Shown here in pieces: positions 27,542 through 39,376 of a DNA stretch of 64,000 nucleotides; the first letter of the stretch is position 1, and each line of letters starts with the position of its first letter. This DNA comes from the human T2T-CHM13v2.0 reference genome, Homo sapiens. A program made the position numbers and the translations under genes. The notes under the pieces are model-generated. The model saw only the letters and a list, made by a program, of their open reading frames with translations, was not told the DNA's origin and made no database searches. The stretch is taken from the NCBI RefSeq assembly GCF_009914755.1, contig NC_060939.1. One strand, given 5' to 3'.

Positions 27542-29483
27542 TTAGGAATAAAATACCAAGGAATACTGCTAGCAGAAAACAAGAAATACACAAAGCTAGC
27601 AGAAGACCAGAAATAACTAGAATTAGAGCTTTCACCAGGGAGGTGAAAGGTCTCTACAAGGAGAACTACAAACACTGCTCAAAGAAATCAGAGATGACAC
27701 AAACAAATGGAAAAACATACCATGCTCATGGGCAGGAAGAATCAATATTGTTAAAATGGCTATACTGCCCAAAGCAATTTACAGATTCAATGTTATTCCT
27801 ATCAAACTATCAATGACATTCTTCACAAAAGAAGAAAAATGTATTTTAAAATTCATATGGAACTGAAAAAGAGCCTGCATAACCAAAGCAATCCTAAGTA
27901 AAAAGAAGAAAGCTGGAGACATCATGTTAGTTGGCTTCAAAATATACTACAGTGTTACAGTAACCAAAACAGCATGGTACAAAAACAGACACACAGATCA
28001 ATAGAACAGAATAGAGAACTCAAAAATAAGAACGCACACCCGCAACCATCTGATCTTTGAAAGCTGACAAAAACAAGCAATGGGGAAAACACTGTCTTTT
28101 CAATAAATGATGCTGGGATAACTGGCTAGCCATATGGAGAAGGTTGAAAATGGACCCCTTTCTTTTACCAGATACGAAAATCAACTCAAGATGGATTAAA
28201 GACTCAAATGTAAAACCTGAAACTATAAAAAGAGCCTAAAAGAAAACCTAGGCAATACCATTCTAGACACAGGAATGGGCAAAGATTTCATGATGACGAC
28301 GCCAAAAGCAATTGCAACAAAAGCAAAAATTGACAAAAGGGAGCTAATTAAGCTAAAGAGCTTCTGCACAGCAAAAGAGAGTATCAACAGTGTAAACAGA
28401 CAACCTACAGAATGGGAGAAAATTTTTGCAAACTCTGCATGTGACAAAGGTCTAGTATCTGGCATCTATAAACCAATTTACAACAACAAAAAACCTCATT
28501 AAAAAGAGGCAAAGGATACGAAGACACTTTTCAAAAAAAAAAAAAGACATATATGCAGCCAACAAGCATATGAAAAAAACCTCAACATCACTATCATTAG
28601 AGAAATGCAAATCAAAACCACAATGAGATACCATCTCACACAAGTCAGAATGGCTATAATTAAAAAGTCAAAAAACAAAAAATGACATGATCATATATCT
28701 GGAAAACACCATTGTCTCAGCCCAAAAGCCCCTTAAGCTCATAAACAACTTCAGCAAAGTCTCAGGATACAAAATCAACATACAAAAATCACTAGCATTC
28801 CTATATACCAATAACAGGCCAAGGCTAGCAAGGTTCTGGAGAAAAAGATTATACATTGTTGGTGGAAGTGTAAATTAATTTAACCATTGTGAAAAACGGT
28901 GTGGTGATTCCTTAAAGAGCTAAAAACAGAACTACCATTCAACCCAGAAATCTCATACTGGGTATATACCCAAAGAAATACAAATCTTTCTATCATAAAA
29001 ACATGTGCATACATGTATATTAATTGCAGCACTATTCACAATAGCAGCACTATTCACAACAGCAAATGCATGGAATCAATCTAAATGCCCATCGATGGCA
29101 GACTGGATAAAGAAAATGTACATGTACACCATGGAATACTATTCAGTCATTAAAAAGAAGAAGATCATGTCCTTTGCAGTGACATAGATGGACCTGGAGG
29201 CCATTATCCTTAGCAAACAAACATAAGAACAGAAAAGCAAATACCACATGTTCTCACTTATATGTGGGAGCTAAACGATAAGAACACATGGACACATAGA
29301 GGGCAACAACACACTCTGGGGCCTATTGGAGTGTGGAGGGCAGGAGGGGGGAGAAGATCAGGAAAAATAGCTAATGGGTACCAGTCTTAATACCCGGGTG
29401 ATGAAACAGTCTGTATAACAAATCCCCATGACATGAGTTTACCCATATAACAAAACTGCACATGTATCCCTGAACTTTATTCA

Positions 29484-29695
29484 AAAAAGAGAGAGAGAGA
29501 GAAAGAGATGAAAGAAAAGAAGGAAGGAAGGGGAAAGAAAGAAATTAAGAAAGAGAAAGAAAGGAAGGAAGGAAGGAAAGAAGGAAGGAAGGAAGGAAAG
29601 AAGGAAGGAAGGAAGGAAGGAAAGAAGGAAAGGAAGGAAGGAAGGAAAGAAGGAAGGAAGGAAGGAGAAAGAAAAGAAAGAGAAGGAAAGAAAAA
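29484..29695 (+). repeat. Polypurine (GA)n/(GGAA)n microsatellite grown from the L1 poly(A) tail
   Basis: About 210 bp that are almost all A/G, with GGAA runs of 3-5 separated by AGAA. Confidence 0.97.
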
Positions 29696-30283
29696 GTTAC
29701 CTATGAGGGTTCAGGACCCAGCTGGCATGGAAAATTTCTAAATTCCTGGGACTACAAGAAAGGCCACACCCTTGCTAAAGTCCCTAATGCTACAAGGATA
29801 ATTTAAACCGAGGTCATTAGAACTCTGTTAGAGAATCGCCCTTACAGATGCTCTTTCCTTGATAAGCAACTGTAGACCCTAAGCCAGTTCCAGCGGCTTA
29901 TAGAGACGGTATACAAACTGTCTTTGTGTGCTATAGTTCACCTCTTGTGAAATAAAGACCCAAATTCCACCTCACTTTAATGGTAACACCCACCCCAAAG
30001 TGAGCATGGGACGTATGCTACGTATATGTTTACCCATTGTGAATGTGCTTGGGTCTCCTCAGAAATTGGTACAGCTTTTCCCCAAACCTGCTGAATATGT
30101 TTGACTCTATTGTTTGATTCAGGCCCTGTAAGGGATAAAACCCAACTGTCCTTCCCGTCTTTGAAAAGAGAACACCTCCAGTCTGCTTTGCAGACATTTC
30201 TCTTCTCAGTTTCCAAACTGCTATCACCAATACAGCTTTCCATTCTTTACTATTTAGCCATCCTGGAAGTCTTTTGGATGACA
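29691..30283 (+). mobile_element. ERV1 solo LTR (MER72/LTR39-like), 5'-truncated
   Basis: Inverted homolog of 4359-5554; ends 'tttagccatcctggaagtcttttggatgaca'. Confidence 0.8.
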
Positions 30284-30297
30284 CTTAGATGTAGCAT

Positions 30298-31017
30298 TGT
30301 TACAGTAGGCAGCCAGGTAGACATGAGCAGAGCAGGAGAGGCCCCCGTCCCACCAGGAATGTCAGGCAACAATCAGGTGATGGGCAGGCAGTTATTAAGC
30401 TGTTTCTCCAAAATAATAATTGGTCGCAGCTGGTGCCAGGGAACGGCCGTCTCCCAGCAGAGAGAAAACACCCGAATCTGGTGATAGGCGTCTGGATAGG
30501 ATATCAGGATCTGGGTGAGTAGGCTTGAGCAAATGGCAGAGTCTAAATGGTCTATGACCACTAAGGGGCAAAATGGCAGAGTCTAAGTTGTCTATGACCT
30601 TCCTCTAGGAGCATTCGACTGGTAATGGGAAAATGCCTCAATTGAGCGTATACACAATTCCAGTAAACACACTGCACGTGCGCCCACTGCCAAGTGCTGG
30701 CAGGCCACTGCACGTGTGAGAGTCCACCCCAAGGGAAGAATCGGGGGAGAAGTGACATAACCCCAGAAGCATGCTGATGTATAAGACCCCAGGTCAAGGT
30801 CAACCACGCACTTGACACTCAGGTTGCCCATTCGACCTGCCTCCAAGTGTACACTTCCTTTTGTTCCTATTCTGAAGATTTTTAATAAACGTTCATTCCT
30901 GCTATAAAATTTACCTCAGTCTCTCACTTGAGCTTATGCCCCTCAGTCAAATTCTTTCTTCTGATGAGGACAGAATTGAGGTTGCTGAAGGCCTATACGG
31001 ATTCACCACTGCTTACA
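30298..31017 (+). mobile_element. MER50 ERV1 solo LTR
   Basis: Starts TGTTACAGTAGG..GACATGAGCAG; TATA-like 'gtataag'; AATAAA near 30884; ends 'cttaca'. Confidence 0.88.
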
Positions 31018-31287
31018 ATATCCTTGGGTAATTTTGTTTGGCCATTCCCTTAGCACTGGCAACCCACCTCTTTTACAGCGCTTTGCCATGACCACAGTTG
31101 AGACTTGAAATCCCAAAGAGCAGAAGCAATAGGCTGCAGGCCTTTCCCCAACATCTGCCGCACTCACTAATTTCTTACTGTCACTTACTTGTTTGGGCAC
31201 ATCATTATCTTTCTCTCCAGGGTTGGAAGTGGTTTGGAAAGCCCCTGCCAGGGGTGTCCTAAGCGGAGGTTATTTATTTCCAGCCTG

Positions 31288-32427
<1,140 letters not shown>

Positions 32428-32439
32428 CATGTAAACATT

Positions 32440-32908
32440 TGAGAAAGAAAAGTAGCTCTGGGCAGTCTGAGCTATGTGAGGTCTGCAAAATTTATCAGGC
32501 CCAAAGAGCCATGAGCATGAAGCTGCAGTCAAACACCCCCCATTCCCCAGAGCAATTGTTTAAAGGCATTTTGCTCTTTTTCCTTCCCTGTAGTTTCCAG
32601 GCAAGCTGATAAATTACCTAAAATGTTATCACAAGTTGCACAAAGTGACCTTCACCTATTATCTTAATGTTCCTGGAATTTGTGATACAAAGAACAATGT
32701 ATACCAATCAGTAGCTAATGTTATTTTAATGAACCTATGTAAGAACTGCCCCTTCCTTTTAAGAACCCACTTATAATTGTTGCTAATCAGAGTATACATT
32801 CAGGGCAACTTGAATCTATGTCTCCTGGGTTGCAGTCCCCAAACATGGCCTAAATAAACTCTCTACTTGTATTAATTTGCCTCAGTTTTTTCTTCCTTCT
32901 GGACCTCA
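32440..32908 (+). mobile_element. LTR23-like ERV1 solo LTR
   Basis: Starts TGAGAAAGAAAAGTAGCTC..GCTATGTGAGG; AATAAA near 32853; TSD CATT/CATT. Confidence 0.8.
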
Positions 32909-33437
32909 CATTTTAAAAATGCCATCATCTTCCATTTGATAGCATTATATTTGTCTGTGGCATCCTCTTCCATAAAACATGTATATAATCCCCCTGTGTT
33001 TGACAAGTGTTTCCTGGATGAAGCACAACAATAGTTCATCACTTATAAACCACATTATTAAGATAGAGCGTTGGTGTTAACGTCTGAAACGGTCTGACTT
33101 CCATAGAATCTTGTTCTGCAGGAAAAAAAAAAGTCATATTCTTTTCACTTAAATATAGAACAAGTGTCCACACTTTAGATCTCACAGAGTGAGAAAAAAA
33201 ATGTTGCTTTTGCCAAGATCTTTGAAATGAGTACTTTCTTTAACAACTCACAAGAGGATTTAAGTTTCTATTCTTTTTGAAGAATTACAGCTTTCATCAA
33301 ATCAAACGAAAAGAATTAGTAACTGTGCTGGTACAGCACTGATTCAACCAAATGTAACAAAACGATTGAAAATTTCTGTTGAAAAAGTGCCAGAGCTAGA
33401 GCTAATGTTGTGAAACCATGTTAGTTAAGATGAGAAA

Positions 33438-33859
33438 TGCTGACCCGAAAGGAAGAAGCAGAGGCGAAATGAATGTAAGTAGAGAGTTTATTTGGGCCGA
33501 GCTTGAGGATTGCAATCCGGGAGCATAGATTCAAGTTGCCCTGAATCTCCACTCTGATTAGGAACAGTTACTAGTCGATTTTTAAAGGAAAAGAAGAGGC
33601 AGTTCCTGAGTTGTTTACCAAGAATTTGCATTAAAATAACATAAGCTATTGATTGCCTGTACATTGTTCTTTGTATCACAAATTCAAGGAACATGAAGAT
33701 ACTAGGTGAAGCAGACAGTCAGAAACAAAATGACTTTAAGCAATTGCCTCCAAGGAAGGAGGAGCGTGACTGAAGTCCCATACTCAGGTTTCCCTGAGCC
33801 TGATACATTTTGCATACCTCACACAGCTCACACTGCCAGGGCCTATTTTTCTATTCTCA
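33438..33859 (-). mobile_element. LTR23-like ERV1 solo LTR
   Basis: Same family as 32440-32908 in the opposite orientation; TG...CA termini. Confidence 0.8.
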
Positions 33860-34006
33860 AAAGGTAGGGAGAAGAGGTTCTAAAATTAATGTGTTATTTA
33901 GAATTTTATATTAATTCTTTCTTTTCCAATGCCTATAACAACAAAGGATGAAGCATGAAGTCTTGTCAGTTGTCTAAGTGCTGTCTAAATGGAGAGGCAA
34001 AAATAC

Positions 34007-34167
34007 TTTTAACAGCTTTGATAGAAGTGAATTTGATATGCAAAAAAACTGCACATATTTAATGTATGCAATTTGATGAGTTTGGACATTTGCAGACACC
34101 CGAATACCATCACCACAGTCAAGGTAATAAGCACATCCATCTCCTCCAAAAGTTTCCTATGTCTCTG
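34007..34167 (-). mobile_element. L1MA10/L1MB-like 3' end fragment
   Basis: 'aactgcacatatttaatgtatgcaatttgatgagtttggacat'. Confidence 0.75.
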
Positions 34168-34530
34168 CATGTTTTTTCTCAGGCAAAGTATTTTTCATCA
34201 GTACATAGAACTTACATAAATAAAGGGAAGAAAACACTAAAGACATGTGAAAAAAAATTCTTAGCATTCTACCATAGAAAGAATCTTAGCAATCCCTGTC
34301 TTCTCATTTTGCATATGAGTGAAGAGGGCACAAGGTAGGGGGTTAAATGACTTATTTTGGACGCACAGAGAAAGGGACCCAGGTGTTCTGGTTCCAAATT
34401 GCAGGCTGCTGCTCTTCTCGCATGGTAATTTTCCCTCCAGATCACCCCTGCCTGGTCCAGCCTCTAACACAAATCCTCTTTGCCCATTTTATTTAGTTTT
34501 TATTCCTATTTACTGTGTTGTTTAAAACAG

Positions 34531-34660
34531 TGATGACAGAAATGTCCAAATTCTGCCAAAACATGTTAGAGGTTTATTCTGAGCCAATAGGAATGGCCGT
34601 GGCCCAGGTTACATAATCTCAAGAGGTCCTGAGAAAGCACACCCAAGGCAGTTGGGTTAC
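34531..34660 (-). mobile_element. MER4-group LTR 3' fragment
   Basis: 'gaggtttattctgagccaa...aagaggtcctgagaaagcacacccaagg', similar to 4417-4520. Confidence 0.6.
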
Positions 34661-35198
34661 TTCTTACTCAATCAGTCTTTGTGACCATAAAACAGCAACT
34701 AAACCCCAGGCAGCACTTACCATCTATCATCTATCATCTATAACCTGTCTGTTCCACATTTGCTAAGGCACTGAGTGGGATGGGGTCCCAGTCCAGCACA
34801 GGGACCCATCAGGGTGACAATGTGAAGTTTGGTAGGATCACAGTGATGGTCATCACTATACCCTAGTGACCCAGGGCTTCACTGAGGCCAACCTCTAGTC
34901 CTCATAGGAGTACTGGGTCAAGAGTCCTAAGGACTTTCCTTTGGTTTTGCTGTTCTTGACTCACTTGGACCAACTCCCTGCCCATCTCAGCTGCAAGGTT
35001 TGCTTGAGAGCGTCTCACACTCATCAGGCCTTTCAGCTTCTTCATTTCCCAAACAGAAAAAGAACTAGACGCTGTGAACCAGTTTGTATCACTACCTTCC
35101 ACTTGGAGAAGCTTGAAAATTAAACACTCTTATTTCCTGGAGTCTCTTGCAGCTAGGATCTAGGGTGCTGATTAGTCCCTGCCAACTAAATTAGCATG

Positions 35199-35796
35199 TG
35201 TTATGATTTCCATTGTTATTGTTTCTTTTTAATTTGGTCTTGGGGGTCTCTCTCCTGAGAGGGTCGGAAGCCAAGACAGAACCACTCTCTAGGACAAGAC
35301 TGACAAGGGGAAAGTTAAGTTCATGTGAGTCAGTCAGTTAAAACACAAGAGGAAGTAAAACCAAAATGCAGGGAGCAGAAGAAATGTATTACTCCCAGTC
35401 CCAGAGAGGCTGGGGGTGGTGACAGGAAGTCTGGAGGGGGAGGGAGTTCAACCAGTGAGAGGAAGAGAGGCAGGAGCTGGGACTAGGCCTTCATTAAGGC
35501 CCATGGGCATTTCCTTAGGCTTTCCCATGGGGTTTTGAGTTGGCTAGTTTTAAAAAAAGATGCACAAAGCAGGAAACCTCTTTAAATGACTCTGCTGTTA
35601 TTGTGGTCAGCAGCTGCAGGGTGGGTTGGGTTTGGGTCAGTGGAACAAGATGCCAGCAGACAATATTGCAGACAACCACACAGGGCAGGGAAGGTTTAGC
35701 TAGGTCAAAATGGACAGATAGGACCATTTCAAACAACTTATGTCAAGCCTAAAAATGGGTGCTGAGGCAGCAACTCTATTAAACCAATTCATGACG
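35199..35796 (-). mobile_element. MER74-like ERVL solo LTR, inserted in an older LTR33/MLT-like element (about 35090-36200)
   Basis: The reverse complement starts GTCATGAATTGGTTTAATAGAGTTGCTGCCTCAGCACCCATTTTTAGG. Confidence 0.7.
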
Positions 35797-38167
35797 ATTT
35801 GCTCAAGATTTGGAAGAGAGGACGCGAGGAGGCTGGACTCCCATCTTCGTTAGTTGGTTCTGTGCACAAGCAACATCATAGGAACAGGAGGCTTTGGGCA
35901 GGAGCTTGCTCCCGGGGGCCCTTCTCTTGCTCCCTGAGTGAAAGAGGCAGCCGGCGGGGACATAGCTTTGTGATGGTTTGCAATTGTAGGAGAGATTTAG
36001 AGGCCACATTTCATAGCCTCAGGGGTAGGAACTTCCCTGTGGGTGGGACCTGTGTACTCAGGGCCGTTTCTGGAGGCCAGCCTGTTCCCTCCTGCTTTCA
36101 GCTCTTCCACCAGCTGTGTGCGTATCTACTCCTGTGTACTATATCATTTCCTGACTAACGGCCCTGGAGTGACTCCTGCGTCCTGCAGTGAGCCCTGACC
36201 CCTGCAGGTGGGTCTGGAGGAAACCTAGACATCACCCATCTTCACTGCGCTAGGCATGGTCTTAGGAAATGTTAAGGGCAAGATGTTTGTCATACATTGG
36301 ACAGAAAAGACTAGAGTGTGACAGTTTCTGAGTTAATTACACATAATAGCACACAAACCGGTAAATATCTTCTTCATGTAAAGATACGTTAGGAAAAGAA
36401 TTACAGAAGATTCTGGTCATCTGTTTATGATATACACTGCCTAATTTGGCTGCACATATATATAACTTCTTTAAGCATCTTTCAAGGACATGTTAGAATT
36501 TTGTGTTAAAGAAAAACCATAAGATCTACAGGCTCCTGAGGGAAAGCTAGAAGGAGTTTCCTTTCTTCCACTACGCAGAACATTCAATCATTTTATTCCA
36601 AAATCAAAGAGAAAGAATGGTTTTTACTGAATTCTAGTACTGGGTTTTAAAGCCTGCAAGAGGAGATTAAAGGACAGGCCTAAACCTTTAAAAACCTGTT
36701 TCCTTCGAGGCAGCTGGAGATGTTTAGAAGGAAAGACCAATCTGAAGGCCACAGGGGTCTTCAGAGGCCTGAGGCTGGTAGAGGGGTGCCCATGGGCACA
36801 GACTGGTGGTGAAGCAGGGGCAGCCTGAAGAGAGGTCATTGCCTTGTCCCATGGCTGACACCTTCATTCTAGTGCCCCTCATTAGTCATCTCTTCTCAGA
36901 GAGGACTCTGATCAATGAGCAACTTTTTCCCAGAAGCTTGTTTCATGTTATGGTGCACTTTCCTCTTCCTGTCCAGATAAAAAGTCTTCTAATCTGTAAA
37001 CTTAGAAATCTGGATTCTATAAGAAGCTTTGAAAAGTAGCATAATGGATTTTACTCTGAAATAAGGTTGTCCCTTGTTTTCAATGCTTTGTCAAGCATGC
37101 CAGTGTTGGTAAATGATGTGTATGACGTGTTCCATCTTTTCTTTGCATCGAGTTCTTGTACATATCGTTCTTAATCCCTCTGGGAAGGAGCACTCTGGTG
37201 AGAAAGGCACCTGTCTTAGCCCAGGAGTCTAAGTCAGCTGCCTGCTGGGCCAGTCTCCCTGCCACTCTCCCCTCACCCCACACACCCTGTCTGCCCCTTG
37301 CTTTTCCATAGAAGCGGCTGTGAGATTGTCCTCGTCTGCCAGGGAGTGGTGAATTAAGCATTGCAAATGACATTCTGAAACGGACTTCAATATTTGGAGA
37401 CTTTCTGAGCTCCGGCCTTAAATCTCATTTCAGGCCGTGATGGGGTTTCTGGTAGGTTTTCTAGTGAGACTAAACTGTGGTGGCTCCCGAGGCTTCTGAT
37501 TTCTATTTCCTAGCATTGACACTGCCAAATTTCCTCCCATTTAGGCTTGAGGCAGAAGGGAAAATGTTCAAGATTATGCACTTTTGTTAAGATGTGCTAA
37601 ACCCAACCGGGATGTTTTTAAAATGGAAAAGGTAATACAAACACCAAGGCCTGCCAAAGGATGAGCCCTCTTAAGCTCAAGTGAGAGAGATTTACTAGGC
37701 ACTATTTTTATCCTATGAGCAAGAGAAACTACATTTGAACCGAAGTATAATCACATTCACTGCTTGGTATTTTACATATGTTTTTATCTCTCTCCAATTA
37801 GCTATGTTACCTAACCTCTTGTTCCTATGTGAAAATAGACAGCGAATTAGAGACGCCTCTCGGAATTGGTGGTAACTATTCTTGACAGATGCCGAACAGC
37901 GAACCAGCTGCTAAGCACAAGTGAAATATAGAAGTCCCTGCTGCTGGGCTAATTTAATCTAATTGGTATATTTGTCTTTATTCATGATTTTATGAGGAAA
38001 AAAAAGATCATTGACAACAGCATTTCAGATAAATTCTTTTCATTCCTTGCGGCCTTGGAAAGTTTTTCTTAATCTGTTGCACTTGCATTGGCAAGCACCT
38101 GCACCCCTCTGCCCACACTTGGTGGGGTTCGGTGTTATTTGACTAAAAGGAGAAAGTATTTGCTTAC

Positions 38168-38359
38168 CTGCAATGAAGAATTTTTCAAGCTTCTTCATCC
38201 TTGTTGGTCTGCTGTCCTCCCTTGACAATTTAATACAGTTGCCTTATTTCCTAGCTCTTGAGATAAAGGCATCTTCCTGTGCTCCTCCTAGCCCAAGACA
38301 GATGTTCTTCTTACATGAGCATGAGTTTATCTCCCATGAGGAAGCAGCAAGGAATTAGT
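38168..38359 (-). other. Candidate 192-nt non-coding exon
   Basis: Minus-strand acceptor ttttcactctgtttctctttgtAG and donor CAG|GTAAGC in apparently repeat-free DNA; stops in all three frames; no transcript evidence available. Confidence 0.3.
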
Positions 38360-38931
38360 CTACAAAGAGAAACAGAGTGAAAATGGACAAGGTACTGATA
38401 ACAGCAAGGTTTTGAAAGGAAACAGGTCAGGCAAATTAGAGCAGGGGTGAGGAAGAAGAGAAAATTGAAAAGTAGGTTTTCAATCCTCTTCCTGCATCTG
38501 TGTGCTCTCCTAGGCTGGCAAGAGGGTTAAATTCATTGTCATGTCCAGCACAGACTTAATCATTCAGTCAGTGGCCTGGCTTTCATTGTTTTAATCTACT
38601 TATGAGGACTAATTTTTACTTGATTTCTTTAACTATGAGAATTCTCCAAGATGGAAGAAGAAGAAGTAGCTCTAAATTTAATCCTAAACAATAAGAAATA
38701 AAGCCATGTTAAAAAATATTTTGACATAATATGTAATTTGCATTTTTAAATGTCTGGAAAAATTGCAGTCATGATATCTCAAGTCCACAGTTAGATTTCT
38801 GAAAACCAACTGTGGCATTTAATATAGAAAGTTGTGGGCTTTGGTATATTTGGTTTGTAATTTCATCTAAGGTTGAAGACTAAAACAACAGGAAAACAGG
38901 GGAATCAGTTCTTCCCTCATTTATTTATTTG

Positions 38932-39244
38932 TTTTTCTTTTCTTTTTTTTTTTTTTTTTTTTGAGACGGAGTTTCACTCCTGTTGCCCAGGCTGGAGCGC
39001 AATGGCACAATCTTGGTTCACCGCAACCTACGCCTCCTGGGTCCAAGTGATTCTCCTGCCTCAGCCTCCTGAGTAGCTGGGATTACAGGCATGTGCCACC
39101 ATGCCTGGCTAATTTTGTATTTTTAATAGAGACGAGGTTTCTCCATGTTGGTCAGGCTAGTCTCAAACTCCCGATCTCAAGTGATCCACCCACCTCGGCC
39201 TCCCAAAGTGCTGCCATTGCAGGCATGAGCCACCGCGCCCAGCC
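38932..39244 (-). mobile_element. AluSp-like
   Basis: 'gagtttcactcctgttgcc', 'caccgcaacc', 'ggtttctccatgttggtcagg'. Confidence 0.9.
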
Positions 39245-39376
39245 TTTTTGTTGTTGTTGGAGAACAGGACCTTGCTATGTTGCCCAGGCAGGCCTTGAAC
39301 TCCTGGGCTCAAACTATCCTCCCGCCTCTGCCTCCCTAAATGCTGGGATTGCAGGCATGAGCCACTGCACCTGGCC
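39245..39376 (-). mobile_element. FLAM_C / AluJ left monomer
   Basis: Single monomer 'ttgctatgttgcccaggc..gaactcctgggctcaa..ggcc'; the AluSp abuts its tail. Confidence 0.8.

Noticed and set aside
29508-29741. K/E/G/R-rich ORF
   Set aside because: Translation of the GGAA microsatellite
32440-33859. Paired LTRs as a provirus
   Set aside because: They are inverted, with no primer-binding site or gag/pol between them
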